From Planctomycetota bacterium (lineage in GTDB: Bacteria; Planctomycetota; SZUA-567; H5-PLA8), in the NCBI GenBank assembly GCA_038227875.1, contig JBBRPR010000032.1:1-64000 (forward strand): a stretch of 64,000 bases of DNA, given 5' to 3'. Positions 55,843 through 64,000 of this stretch are shown piece by piece. The position numbers and the translations under genes are program-made. The notes beneath the pieces are model-generated. The model was not told the origin of the DNA. It saw only the letters and a program-made list of their open reading frames with translations, and searched no databases. Each line of letters starts with the position of its first letter. The first letter of the stretch is position 1.

Positions 55843-57717
55843 TCAGAAGCCGTTGCCGTTCTTCTCGGCCGTCGCGTCGTCTTTTGGATTGCCATTCGGA
55901 GCGGGGTCGCTTTTCGGTACCAGCACAATCGCGCCCAGCTGGATGCTCCACGCCGCGTTCACTTTCGCGGCGAGATCGTCGAGCAGTTCGCGGACGGTGT
56001 GCCGGCCCGGCGGCAGCAACGCGGCGTCGCGAGTCGTGAGCTGGAAGTTTGGCGCGCGGCCGTCGGGAGATTCCTCCATCAGGAAATTCATCCCGGACAA
56101 CTCGGTCAGCTTCGCCAGGACGCGTCCGCCACCCAGTCCGCTGCCGTCCCAATCGACCGTGGATGCAAGTCGCGCTTCGGATTTCGCATACCATTCAGGC
56201 GGGCCCGGCGGCTTGCCGCTTTCGCGCCACTGGCGGATGAGCTCGATGGCGCGCTGCGCCGTTGCCCACGGCGCGGAGATCAACATGCGGCCGTGAATCA
56301 CGGCCAGTCCACGCGGCATCGTGAACGAGGGGAACAATTCGAGATGCGGTTCGAGCACCTTCCAGATCTTGTCGCTGACGTCCTTGTCGTGGCTCCACGA
56401 GAACTTCGCGTCGGCCGGGTAAAGGAACGCGACGTCGGCGCCGCCGATGGCATTCTCCAATTCCGGCCGCGGCTTGGGTTGCACGCGGAACTGCACCCGG
56501 GCCTGCGGACCGATGTCGTAGCTGAACATGCGCGGAAATTGATTGTCATTGAGAAACTTCGCGCGCCGTTCGATCCAGCGCAGCGCCAGACCCAGCGGAA
56601 CGTTGCGCAGCTTCAGGCGGATATCGGAGAGGTCCTGAAATTCCTGCACGACCCTGTCATTGCGCTCGGCAACCAGCGCCCGCCGCAGCCACTTCAGATC
56701 GACCGGATCGCCCTGCGGATCGGTGTTGCTGACCAGGACCACCGGATGGAGGTTCTCGGAAAGTTGCCCCAGCGCCAGCAACGGCGATTCGGTGGAGAGC
56801 GTAATCGAAACTGGCGCACACAAGTCGTCCTCGAGCGCCTGCGCCGTTTCGGGAGCGGCATCGGGCGCCGGCCAGGCGGCATCGGGCGCGCCGGGTGTCA
56901 GCAGCGCAATCACGCGCGCCATGCGCGGGATCGTGCCCTCGATGCCTTGCAGCACCAGCATCTCGCCGCCGGCGTGCATCTCCGTCGATTGCTGCGGAAA
57001 GAGCGCCTGCAGCGAGGCCACCAGGTCCGTCGCGCCATCGCGGTTGAGCTGCAAGGCGCTCCAATCAAACGTCCGCCGCGCCCGGCTGAGCCGATCGGCG
57101 GTTTCCGGCGTCGCAAACAGAAAGACATCGCCGCGCGGCAAGCCCACCCCGCCGGCCAACGCCGCCGAGAGCTTCAGCAAATCGCCCAGCCGCATCGTCA
57201 CGTCAGGCTGCTTCTGGTCGAGTTCCAGGGGCGCGTAGTTCAATTTGGCGTCGAATACGAGCGTAACGTTGTGCTCTTTCGCCAGCGCGGTGAGATCGTC
57301 GCGCGTCGGCGGATAGTGCGCGGTGCCTTTTTCATTCAGCGCTTTGCGCAGCGCGGGATTGAGCGGGAGGTAACCGTCGTAACTGCAGATAATCCGGTCA
57401 TAGAGGCTACGGGCCTGAGCCGCGACTTCCGTGTCGGCGTCTTTGGTGAATTCAGTGGCCAGCGGCAGCACCGCCGGTCCGCGCGAGATCAATTGGTTCA
57501 AGGCCTGGTCGCGGGCATCGAAATCGTCACTGGCCAGTTGTTTGAAAAGTTCGCGGCAAGTTTTCTGCTCGGCTGCCGTTAAGGTGGTGGGTTTTTGTTC
57601 CAATTCGGCGGCGGGATCGGGCGGAGTACTGCTCTTTGTGTCGTTCTCGCTACTTTGCACATTGAGAGTGGCGAGGATGAGGACGAGAACAGAAACTCTG
57701 AACGAAGCGGACGCCAT
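55843..57717 (-). CDS. Exported hypothetical protein with N-terminal HEAT-like helix pair (start uncertain)
   Basis: Signal peptide; LASDDFDARDQALNQL..DTEVAAQA. Confidence 0.7.
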   Translation of the reverse strand: MASASFRVSVLVLILATLNVQSSENDTKSSTPPDPAAELEQKPTTLTAAEQKTCRELFKQLASDDFDARDQALNQLISRGPAVLPLATEFTKDADTEVAAQARSLYDRIICSYDGYLPLNPALRKALNEKGTAHYPPTRDDLTALAKEHNVTLVFDAKLNYAPLELDQKQPDVTMRLGDLLKLSAALAGGVGLPRGDVFLFATPETADRLSRARRTFDWSALQLNRDGATDLVASLQALFPQQSTEMHAGGEMLVLQGIEGTIPRMARVIALLTPGAPDAAWPAPDAAPETAQALEDDLCAPVSITLSTESPLLALGQLSENLHPVVLVSNTDPQGDPVDLKWLRRALVAERNDRVVQEFQDLSDIRLKLRNVPLGLALRWIERRAKFLNDNQFPRMFSYDIGPQARVQFRVQPKPRPELENAIGGADVAFLYPADAKFSWSHDKDVSDKIWKVLEPHLELFPSFTMPRGLAVIHGRMLISAPWATAQRAIELIRQWRESGKPPGPPEWYAKSEARLASTVDWDGSGLGGGRVLAKLTELSGMNFLMEESPDGRAPNFQLTTRDAALLPPGRHTVRELLDDLAAKVNAAWSIQLGAIVLVPKSDPAPNGNPKDDATAEKNGNGF

Positions 57718-57920
57718 TGATTCAAACCTTGACCAGCACACGGAGTACAACGACCGAGTCATCCTGTCACCCATCTCAGTGTACAGAAGTCACAGGAATA
57801 TCTCTGTTAAAAAAGTTAGGAGCACGTCCCACTTGAATTCGAGGGCTTTGGAGGTATCTCTTACTACTCGGTGTTCCTCATCAGCGCGCGTCGTGCATCG
57901 AGTTTCGAGAGGTCGTCCAA

Positions 57921-59213
57921 GTGGCCAGTGAGAATTGCGCAGTGTGTGGTTGCGATCTGTCCTTGCTCCCCACCAGAGGGGTGAAGCCGGTTCGCCATCA
58001 AGCCAAGATCTACTGCGGAGAATGTGCCGGATTGGTGTTGGACCCGGATACCGACAGGGGCTCTGAGGAAATTGAAGTCCCCGATCCGGATGAGGACCTG
58101 AAAATTTCGAAGGAGATCTCCAACACGACCACGCCGATTTCCGTAAGCGCTGTGCGCCGCGGGGCGGGGATTGAAGTTGTGGAAGAGTTCAAGATCAAGG
58201 CCACGGGCACCAAACCCGCTCAACCCAGGGAGCGCAAATTGGACGACGACGAATGGTTCAAGCCGGGCAGCAGTCCCAAAATCGGCGCAGCCGCCCCGGC
58301 CGCCGTGGCCGTGCAACCTAAGAAGGGCGGAACGTCCATCTCCAAGCGCGCCGCCGAACCGGCCAAGCGCCCGTCCAATCGGATGAATGCGGTCAAGCCC
58401 TCCGACCGCATGCAGACGCCTAAACCCGGCGCCAAGCCCTCTGGACGCATGGCCGCCGCGCCCGCTGCGAAGGAAGAGGACATCAAGAAGCCCTCGCGCC
58501 GCATCGATCGACCGGGCGTAAAACCCAGCGGCCGATTGGGCAAGCCTTCCCCCTCGCGAGCCCGCATGAACGCCGCCCCGGCTGAAGCGCCTGAAGAGGC
58601 GCCGGAGCTGGTCGACGAAGAGAAACTCGACGGCGCCTTGCCGGATGGCGAAATTGCGCTCGATGGAGCTGAAGGTGGCGACGACGCGCCCGAAGCGATC
58701 GCGCCGGCAAAGAAGAAGGGCGACAGTTCGCGCCGCATGGCCGCGGCGGGCACGTCGCAGAAATCGTCGCGCACGATGAAGTCGGCCAAGCGCGGCAGCA
58801 GCAGCGCCAAGTCCGGCCGCTCGGAGCGCTCCGATCGCGAAGATCGCAACGACAAGAGCGAACGCGGTCGCGGAGGAAAGGGCCGCGGCAGTGCGAACAA
58901 TAACAATACGATGATGATCGGCTTGGGCGTCGCCGGTGTGATCCTGCTGGTGATTATCGTGGCGTGTTTGGGCGGCGGCAATGCCGCAACCAAGGCCAAG
59001 GCAGTCAATTCCACGCCGGAAGTGCTGACCAGCGCGTCGGAGTACGCTGAAAAAGGCCGCCAGTTGGAAGCGGCTGGCGACCGTCTCGGTGCCGCAGATA
59101 TGTTCGGCCGCGCCGCTGAAGCCGCCGGTAGCGACGATGCCGCGCAAAAGTACAACATGCACGCCTACGAACTGCGTAAGTTCACGACGCTCAACATGAG
59201 CCACGGTCGGTGA
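57921..59213 (+). CDS. Membrane-anchored protein with N-terminal CxxC..CxxC Zn ribbon and low-complexity linker
   Basis: CAVC..YCGEC, a Lys/Pro/Ser-rich region, and a TM segment MMIGLGVAGVILLVIIVACL. Confidence 0.75.
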   Translation: MASENCAVCGCDLSLLPTRGVKPVRHQAKIYCGECAGLVLDPDTDRGSEEIEVPDPDEDLKISKEISNTTTPISVSAVRRGAGIEVVEEFKIKATGTKPAQPRERKLDDDEWFKPGSSPKIGAAAPAAVAVQPKKGGTSISKRAAEPAKRPSNRMNAVKPSDRMQTPKPGAKPSGRMAAAPAAKEEDIKKPSRRIDRPGVKPSGRLGKPSPSRARMNAAPAEAPEEAPELVDEEKLDGALPDGEIALDGAEGGDDAPEAIAPAKKKGDSSRRMAAAGTSQKSSRTMKSAKRGSSSAKSGRSERSDREDRNDKSERGRGGKGRGSANNNNTMMIGLGVAGVILLVIIVACLGGGNAATKAKAVNSTPEVLTSASEYAEKGRQLEAAGDRLGAADMFGRAAEAAGSDDAAQKYNMHAYELRKFTTLNMSHGR

Positions 59214-59250
59214 ACTACGAGTAGGCGGAAGGCAGGAGCATAGCAGTCAA

Positions 59251-59284
59251 AAAACGCGCCGCTCAATGCGGCGCGTTTTATTTC
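59251..59284 (+). terminator. Rho-independent terminator
   Basis: AAAACGCGCCGC-TCAAT-GCGGCGCGTTTT followed by ATTT. Confidence 0.8.
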
Positions 59285-59427
59285 ACATTGGGCACTCCAT
59301 AAATAATTTGTCCTCGCAAAAGAAAGTAAGGCGCCAAGTCTTTCGGCGGTGTATTAAGTAGTCAGATAGGTAGTCACACGGTGGTCAGAAGGCTGGTGGC
59401 GCGGTTGTTCCCGGGAGGTGTTGGGTC

Positions 59428-62019
59428 ATGAAATGCCTGATCGCGATGCTGAGCGTGCTGAGCGTGCTGACCGTATCCGCGGTCGCGTTGGGGGGTGAGG
59501 CTGCGGTTCCGTCCGCTGGATCCAAACTCTTCGACAAGATTTCGCAGACGGACGTGAACGCATGGGTCAAGCTGGACGAAGCGGGACTGGCGGAGGGCAG
59601 AAGCCTGGGGTGCGGCCTGACCTACCTGCCCACCGCGGGAAAGTTCCTGCAGACCGGTGTTAATAACAAGACCGCGGAGATGCTGTTCGATCCGGCTACG
59701 GGTAAGTGGGAAGAAGCCAAACCCGGTCTGCCGCCGGAGAAGCTGCTCAATGAATCCGCATCGTGTTTTCTCGCCTGGGATCACGCGACGAATCGGGGCT
59801 ATGGTTACATTGGGTCCGATGTGTGGTCGAAAAATCTGCTCTGTTTTGATTATGCCCAGAAGACCTGGACCAATCCCAACCCCAAAAATCCACCCCCGAT
59901 GCTCCGAGAATCGTTTATCCGCTGGTCCTCGGTGTGTTGGTTGCCCGACAGCGGCGAGATGATGCTGGCCAACGGTTCCGCTCCATACGGCGGTTCGGGC
60001 ACGTGGCTCTACAATCCCAAATCCAACGAATGGCGGCAGTTGAAGTTCGGCAGCCCGCTGATCAATGGCCAGCGTGACGCGCTGCAAAAGCTTTTCACCC
60101 AGACGCAGGATCTGGTCGCGGCCTGCCGCAACCGGCACTATCGCTCGGAAACGCCGGACGCAGCGAAAGTGGATCTCGCGAAGTCCGCATCCGATCTGAT
60201 GAGCGCGATCAAGTCCGCTAGTTCGGCCGTGGCGGCGGCCAAGAGCGACGACAAATACGAAGCGCAGCAATTGACGCGCTGCAAGGCCGCGCTGGAAACG
60301 GCGGCCAAACTCCTCGACGAGCAGTCGAAGAAGCTGGGCAGCTCGCTCAACGCAAGCCTGCTGACGGCGATGGAAGACGGATTATTGGAGACGGTTCGCG
60401 GCGCGCGCGATGAGCTGGCCGTCGAGCCGCCGCCGCGCTGCAACAGCCCGCTGGTCTGGAATCCCGAAGCGAAACGCGTCGTCTGCTTTGGCGGCGACGG
60501 CCACAACCGCACCTACGCTGACACGTGGACGTTTGACCCGGCCTCCAGCCGCTGGAACCAGATGCACCCGGCCATCGGTCCGGAGCCCAAAGCCGGTCAT
60601 GCGCTGGTCTGGCTGCCCAAGGCCAAAACGGTTCTCCTTGTTGGACACGCGTATGCTCCCAATCAGGGGCGTGGAAAAGATGGCGTGTACGAAACGCTCC
60701 CGTTTGAAATGTGGACCTACGACCTCAAGGCCGACCGCTGGTCGCTGTTGAAACATGTTGAAAAGGATACCGATGCGCCGTCGGCCGAAATGCGCGCCAC
60801 CGATTGTTCCACGTTCGCGGCCGGAGCCGACGACCTGGTAGTGGGGATGGGGCGGACCGGCTTCTATGGAGGCGAGGTGAAGCTCAGCACCTGGGCCTGC
60901 CGGGTCGATGCGTCAAAGATCGACGCCGAAGGCACGCAGAAGTATGGTGTCAAACCCGGCACGCTGTACTTCTTTGGCGGACCCGCGGGCTATGACCACG
61001 ATCCGGTCGACGATGTCCCGGCCGCCGAAGCCCGTTTGAAAAACCTGCCCGCCAATACCTGGACCGCGCTGCTGCCCAAGGGTGCTTTCGTCCCGAATGC
61101 CTACGGCAGTTGGGGCACCTGCGTGATGGACACCGATTCCGATCAGATTCTCTGGTGGCGCGGCGGTCACGCCGGTTACTGCGGCAATGACGTCGGCCAC
61201 TATTCACTTAAGGCTAATACCTGGAGCATCAGCTACCGGCCGTCGCATCCGCTGAATCAGGAGAGCAGTTGCGGCGGGCTCATCGGTACCGACTTCGAAG
61301 GTCACCCGTGGGTGTGGATGCATTCGTACCATCGTTACGGTTACGATCAGACGGCGAAGCGGATGGTGCTGAGCGTCTCCAATACGTTCACCTACGATCC
61401 CGCGCGCCAGGCGTGGGACAAGATCTACTATCCGCCCAAGGTCGGAAATTTTGTGGCAACGCCGCACGGCATGATGGCCGGCAGCCGGGGCGACGCGCCG
61501 CAGTTTTTCCAGTTCGATTGCAGTAAAGGCTGGCAGGGCCTGCCAACGCAGGGCGCGTGGCCGGCGTTCTGCGGGTACTCCGGTTCGTACAGTTACGACA
61601 GCAAGCGCGACCGCGTGCTCTGTGCTTCCGGCAAAGGTTACACTGAAGTGAAAGAGGGCTCGGTCTGGAGTTACGATGTCAAGACCGGTGCGGCCGTGGA
61701 CCTCAAGGCCGCCAACGCCGAGAAGGTGAAGTTTGAAACCGAGACGGCACGCGAATCGGTTTACCTGCCCGACGCCGACATGATCCTCTTTATGGCCGGC
61801 GGCAAGGACAGCCACTACGTCTACGACGTGGCGAAGAACGCGTGGAAATCCGTTCGTCTGAAGCCGAACAATGTCGCCGCCTCAAACTTGATCGGCAGCG
61901 GACTTGTCTACGATCCCAAGCGCAAGATCGCCTTTATCGTTGGCGCTGACGCCAACGGGTGGAACGTCTTTGCGATGCGTTTCGATCCCGCCACGGCGGA
62001 ATTCGTGGAGCTGAAATAG
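59428..62019 (+). CDS. Secreted Kelch/beta-propeller repeat protein
   Basis: Signal peptide; repeats FGGDG..DTWTFDPASSRW, TWLYNPKSNEW, WTYDLKADRW. Confidence 0.8.
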   Translation: MKCLIAMLSVLSVLTVSAVALGGEAAVPSAGSKLFDKISQTDVNAWVKLDEAGLAEGRSLGCGLTYLPTAGKFLQTGVNNKTAEMLFDPATGKWEEAKPGLPPEKLLNESASCFLAWDHATNRGYGYIGSDVWSKNLLCFDYAQKTWTNPNPKNPPPMLRESFIRWSSVCWLPDSGEMMLANGSAPYGGSGTWLYNPKSNEWRQLKFGSPLINGQRDALQKLFTQTQDLVAACRNRHYRSETPDAAKVDLAKSASDLMSAIKSASSAVAAAKSDDKYEAQQLTRCKAALETAAKLLDEQSKKLGSSLNASLLTAMEDGLLETVRGARDELAVEPPPRCNSPLVWNPEAKRVVCFGGDGHNRTYADTWTFDPASSRWNQMHPAIGPEPKAGHALVWLPKAKTVLLVGHAYAPNQGRGKDGVYETLPFEMWTYDLKADRWSLLKHVEKDTDAPSAEMRATDCSTFAAGADDLVVGMGRTGFYGGEVKLSTWACRVDASKIDAEGTQKYGVKPGTLYFFGGPAGYDHDPVDDVPAAEARLKNLPANTWTALLPKGAFVPNAYGSWGTCVMDTDSDQILWWRGGHAGYCGNDVGHYSLKANTWSISYRPSHPLNQESSCGGLIGTDFEGHPWVWMHSYHRYGYDQTAKRMVLSVSNTFTYDPARQAWDKIYYPPKVGNFVATPHGMMAGSRGDAPQFFQFDCSKGWQGLPTQGAWPAFCGYSGSYSYDSKRDRVLCASGKGYTEVKEGSVWSYDVKTGAAVDLKAANAEKVKFETETARESVYLPDADMILFMAGGKDSHYVYDVAKNAWKSVRLKPNNVAASNLIGSGLVYDPKRKIAFIVGADANGWNVFAMRFDPATAEFVELK

Positions 62020-62027
62020 AGCCGTTT

Positions 62028-62202
62028 GTAGTCCGGGCGGCTCGCCCGGTCTAACCTCGGAGAAAGCAAGCCGGGAATTTCGTTCGATGGTCTTGCTCTT
62101 TTGCGAAGCAAGCCGTTTGCTTTCGCGGTAGAGAAAGCGCTTCTCGGAAGCATACCCTTCCATACTTGGGCGTCGTCTGACCGGGCGAGACGCCCGGACT
62201 AC
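62028..62202. mobile_element. REPIN/MITE-like element, copy C
   Basis: GTAGTCCGGGCGGCTCGCCCGGTC..GACCGGGCGAGACGCCCGGACTAC, lying between convergent genes. Confidence 0.75.
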
Positions 62203-62210
62203 GAAACAGC

Positions 62211-63116
62211 CTACCCCAGCAACTCAAAATCCATCCGCTTCGCCAGGTTCCGCAGGTACACGGCGCATTCCGAGAAGCGCTTCCCCAAGTTCGGCAGGCT
62301 GCCCAGATCGATGCCGAGCGGGCCGTCGTACTTCTGGCGGATCAGTTCCTTGAACAGGCCTTCGAAATCGATGTTGCCCTCACCGGGAAAAAGATGGCGG
62401 TTGTCGGTGCCGTCGTTGTCGGCCAGATGCAGACCGGCGATGCGGCCGTCGAGCTTGCGGGCGGAGAGCGGCAGAATTTCCTTCTGCGCGTTTAGGTGCG
62501 CGCAGTCGAAGTTGGCCTTGAAGTTCGGGCGCTGAACGTGGTCCATCAGGCGCAGCATCGCATCGGTCGACGAGATCATCTCGCCGACGCGGGGTTCGAT
62601 GATCAAGGTCAGGCCGTACTCCTTGGCGATGTCCGAGCACGTCTGCACGCTCTCGACCAGCGCCTCCCACTGCGCCTGCCAGGAGAACGAATCGGGCATG
62701 CGGACTTTGTAGCTCTCGCCGAAATTCAATTTGCCGACGTAGGGTTTGGCGCCGACGAATTCGATCGGCGGAACATACGTCGCCACATGGACCGTCTTCG
62801 CGCCGAAGTATTGCGCCGTCTCCGCGCCGAGCCGGAAGATCGGGTACGCGGCCTTGCGTTCGGCGGCATCCATGCTCACCAGCGGGCGCAACACGGGGCA
62901 GAAATTGACGCACGACATGCCACGGTCGTCGAGCGCCTTCTTGAAGCGCGCGCGCTGCTCGTAGACGGCGCGAATGTGCTCCGCACCGACGCCTTCCAAT
63001 TCGATGTAGGTGAAACCCATCTCGCGCAGATCATCGATCGCGCGCAATCCGTCTTCGATGGACGGCGGATAGCCGTAGGTGTCGATGGTGTAGAGGTAGC
63101 AGGCGGTCAGGAGCAT
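62211..63116 (-). CDS. Sugar phosphate isomerase/epimerase (xylose-isomerase-like TIM barrel)
   Basis: GFTYIELE, LIIEP, NFDCAH, LHLADN..HLFPGEGNIDF. Confidence 0.9.
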   Translation of the reverse strand: MLLTACYLYTIDTYGYPPSIEDGLRAIDDLREMGFTYIELEGVGAEHIRAVYEQRARFKKALDDRGMSCVNFCPVLRPLVSMDAAERKAAYPIFRLGAETAQYFGAKTVHVATYVPPIEFVGAKPYVGKLNFGESYKVRMPDSFSWQAQWEALVESVQTCSDIAKEYGLTLIIEPRVGEMISSTDAMLRLMDHVQRPNFKANFDCAHLNAQKEILPLSARKLDGRIAGLHLADNDGTDNRHLFPGEGNIDFEGLFKELIRQKYDGPLGIDLGSLPNLGKRFSECAVYLRNLAKRMDFELLG

Positions 63117-63144
63117 GGTGTTCCTTTCTCAAAAAGTGACGCGA

Positions 63145-63999
63145 TCAAATTTTCTTAAACTGGGGCAGCCACGCACGGTTTAGTTCGATCATCTCTTTCA
63201 ACATCGCGCGCGCGTCGGTGATCGTGCGGATGCACGGATCGCTGGCGAGCAGTCCGACGGCGAGTTTGAAATCGCCGCTGATCGCCGCGTCAATCGCGCC
63301 TTCCTGGCGCTGGATGTGCGGCCGCAGGATGGCCTCGAGGGCGCGCGGCAACGGACGGTTGATCGCGAGCGGATGGATGCCGAGCTTGTCGACGCGGCAG
63401 AGCGTCTCGACGTTGGCGCGCGCGGGGAGCTCGGGAATCTGTCCGGCATTCTCGACATTCAGCGTGGTGAGCAGATCGGCGCGGCCTTCGAGCGCATCGA
63501 CCATCTGGATCACCGGCGCGTGCGTGTTGGGAATCGTCAGCTCTTCGGGCTTGTTGATGAATGTGCGGACGCGGCTCTTGTGAAGTTCCAGATTCCTGCG
63601 CCGGTCGGCGATGCTGGTGCGCACGATGCCGTACTTTTCCATCTGCTGCTTGTCGGTGATAAAGCAACCGAAGTTCTCAACCATGTGCCGGTCGCCGATG
63701 CCCGGCAGAAATCCGATCTCCTTCCACAGCGCAAAGCCCGCGCGCGTGCCGACCAGGCAGCCGAGATGGCCATCGGTGCTGTTCTTCACGGAATCCTGCT
63801 GAAGTTCGGAACTGCACAGTCCCTTCTCGCGCAGCAGTTGAATGCCATCGCGTCCGTTGATCGAGAGCGCCAGCAGCCATGGGCAGTGATCGATGCCGGC
63901 GGTGACGAAGCGAATGTCCGCGCCCGGTTTTTCGCCGAGCAATTCGACGAGGTAATCGACGTGTTCGACCACGCCCTGGCAGAGGCCGGCGGTGCGGAT
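63145..63999 (-). CDS. Family 4 glycoside hydrolase, C-terminal part (truncated at window edge)
   Basis: TAGLCQGV, AGIDHCPWL, DRHMVE, NVENAGQIPELP..VET..V, ASDP. Confidence 0.8.
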   Translation of the reverse strand: MRTAGLCQGVVEHVDYLVELLGEKPGADIRFVTAGIDHCPWLLALSINGRDGIQLLREKGLCSSELQQDSVKNSTDGHLGCLVGTRAGFALWKEIGFLPGIGDRHMVENFGCFITDKQQMEKYGIVRTSIADRRRNLELHKSRVRTFINKPEELTIPNTHAPVIQMVDALEGRADLLTTLNVENAGQIPELPARANVETLCRVDKLGIHPLAINRPLPRALEAILRPHIQRQEGAIDAAISGDFKLAVGLLASDPCIRTITDARAMLKEMIELNRAWLPQFKKI

Positions 64000-64000
64000 C

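Overview
A ~62% GC bacterial chromosomal window. It is probably Planctomycetota; this is an inference from the acetyltransferase-less GlmU beside prs, the ECF/FecR pair, the RRWFQxHLST-type membrane proteins and the PKD-rich secreted proteins. The centre (29.2-44.3 kb) is housekeeping: a tRNA-binding protein and recN on the + strand, and glmU-prs (one fused ORF), rplY, pth, rpsF, ssb, rpsR, rplI, dnaB, bamA, two skp/ompH and lpxD on the - strand. The flanks hold accessory genes. The strongest candidates for undescribed systems are: (1) an ECF sigma gene with a branched structured 5' leader, followed by two tandem, covarying, pseudoknot-capable ~118-nt RNA units and a CxxC HEAT-repeat gene (23.2-24.8 kb); (2) a beta-barrel porin gene followed by a 1487-aa lipoprotein with 10 CxxCH motifs and an LVIVD-type C-terminal region, near a two-domain HbpS/GlcG heme-binding protein (3.6-17.4 kb); (3) a translationally coupled array of four paralogous small membrane proteins, one of them frameshifted (17.5-19.2 kb). 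GTAG-type REP doublets, heptamer G-tract repeats and a duplicated AT-rich promoter-like block are also present. I saw no rRNA, tRNA, CRISPR array or transposase. All product calls come from motif recognition by eye; no database searches were run.
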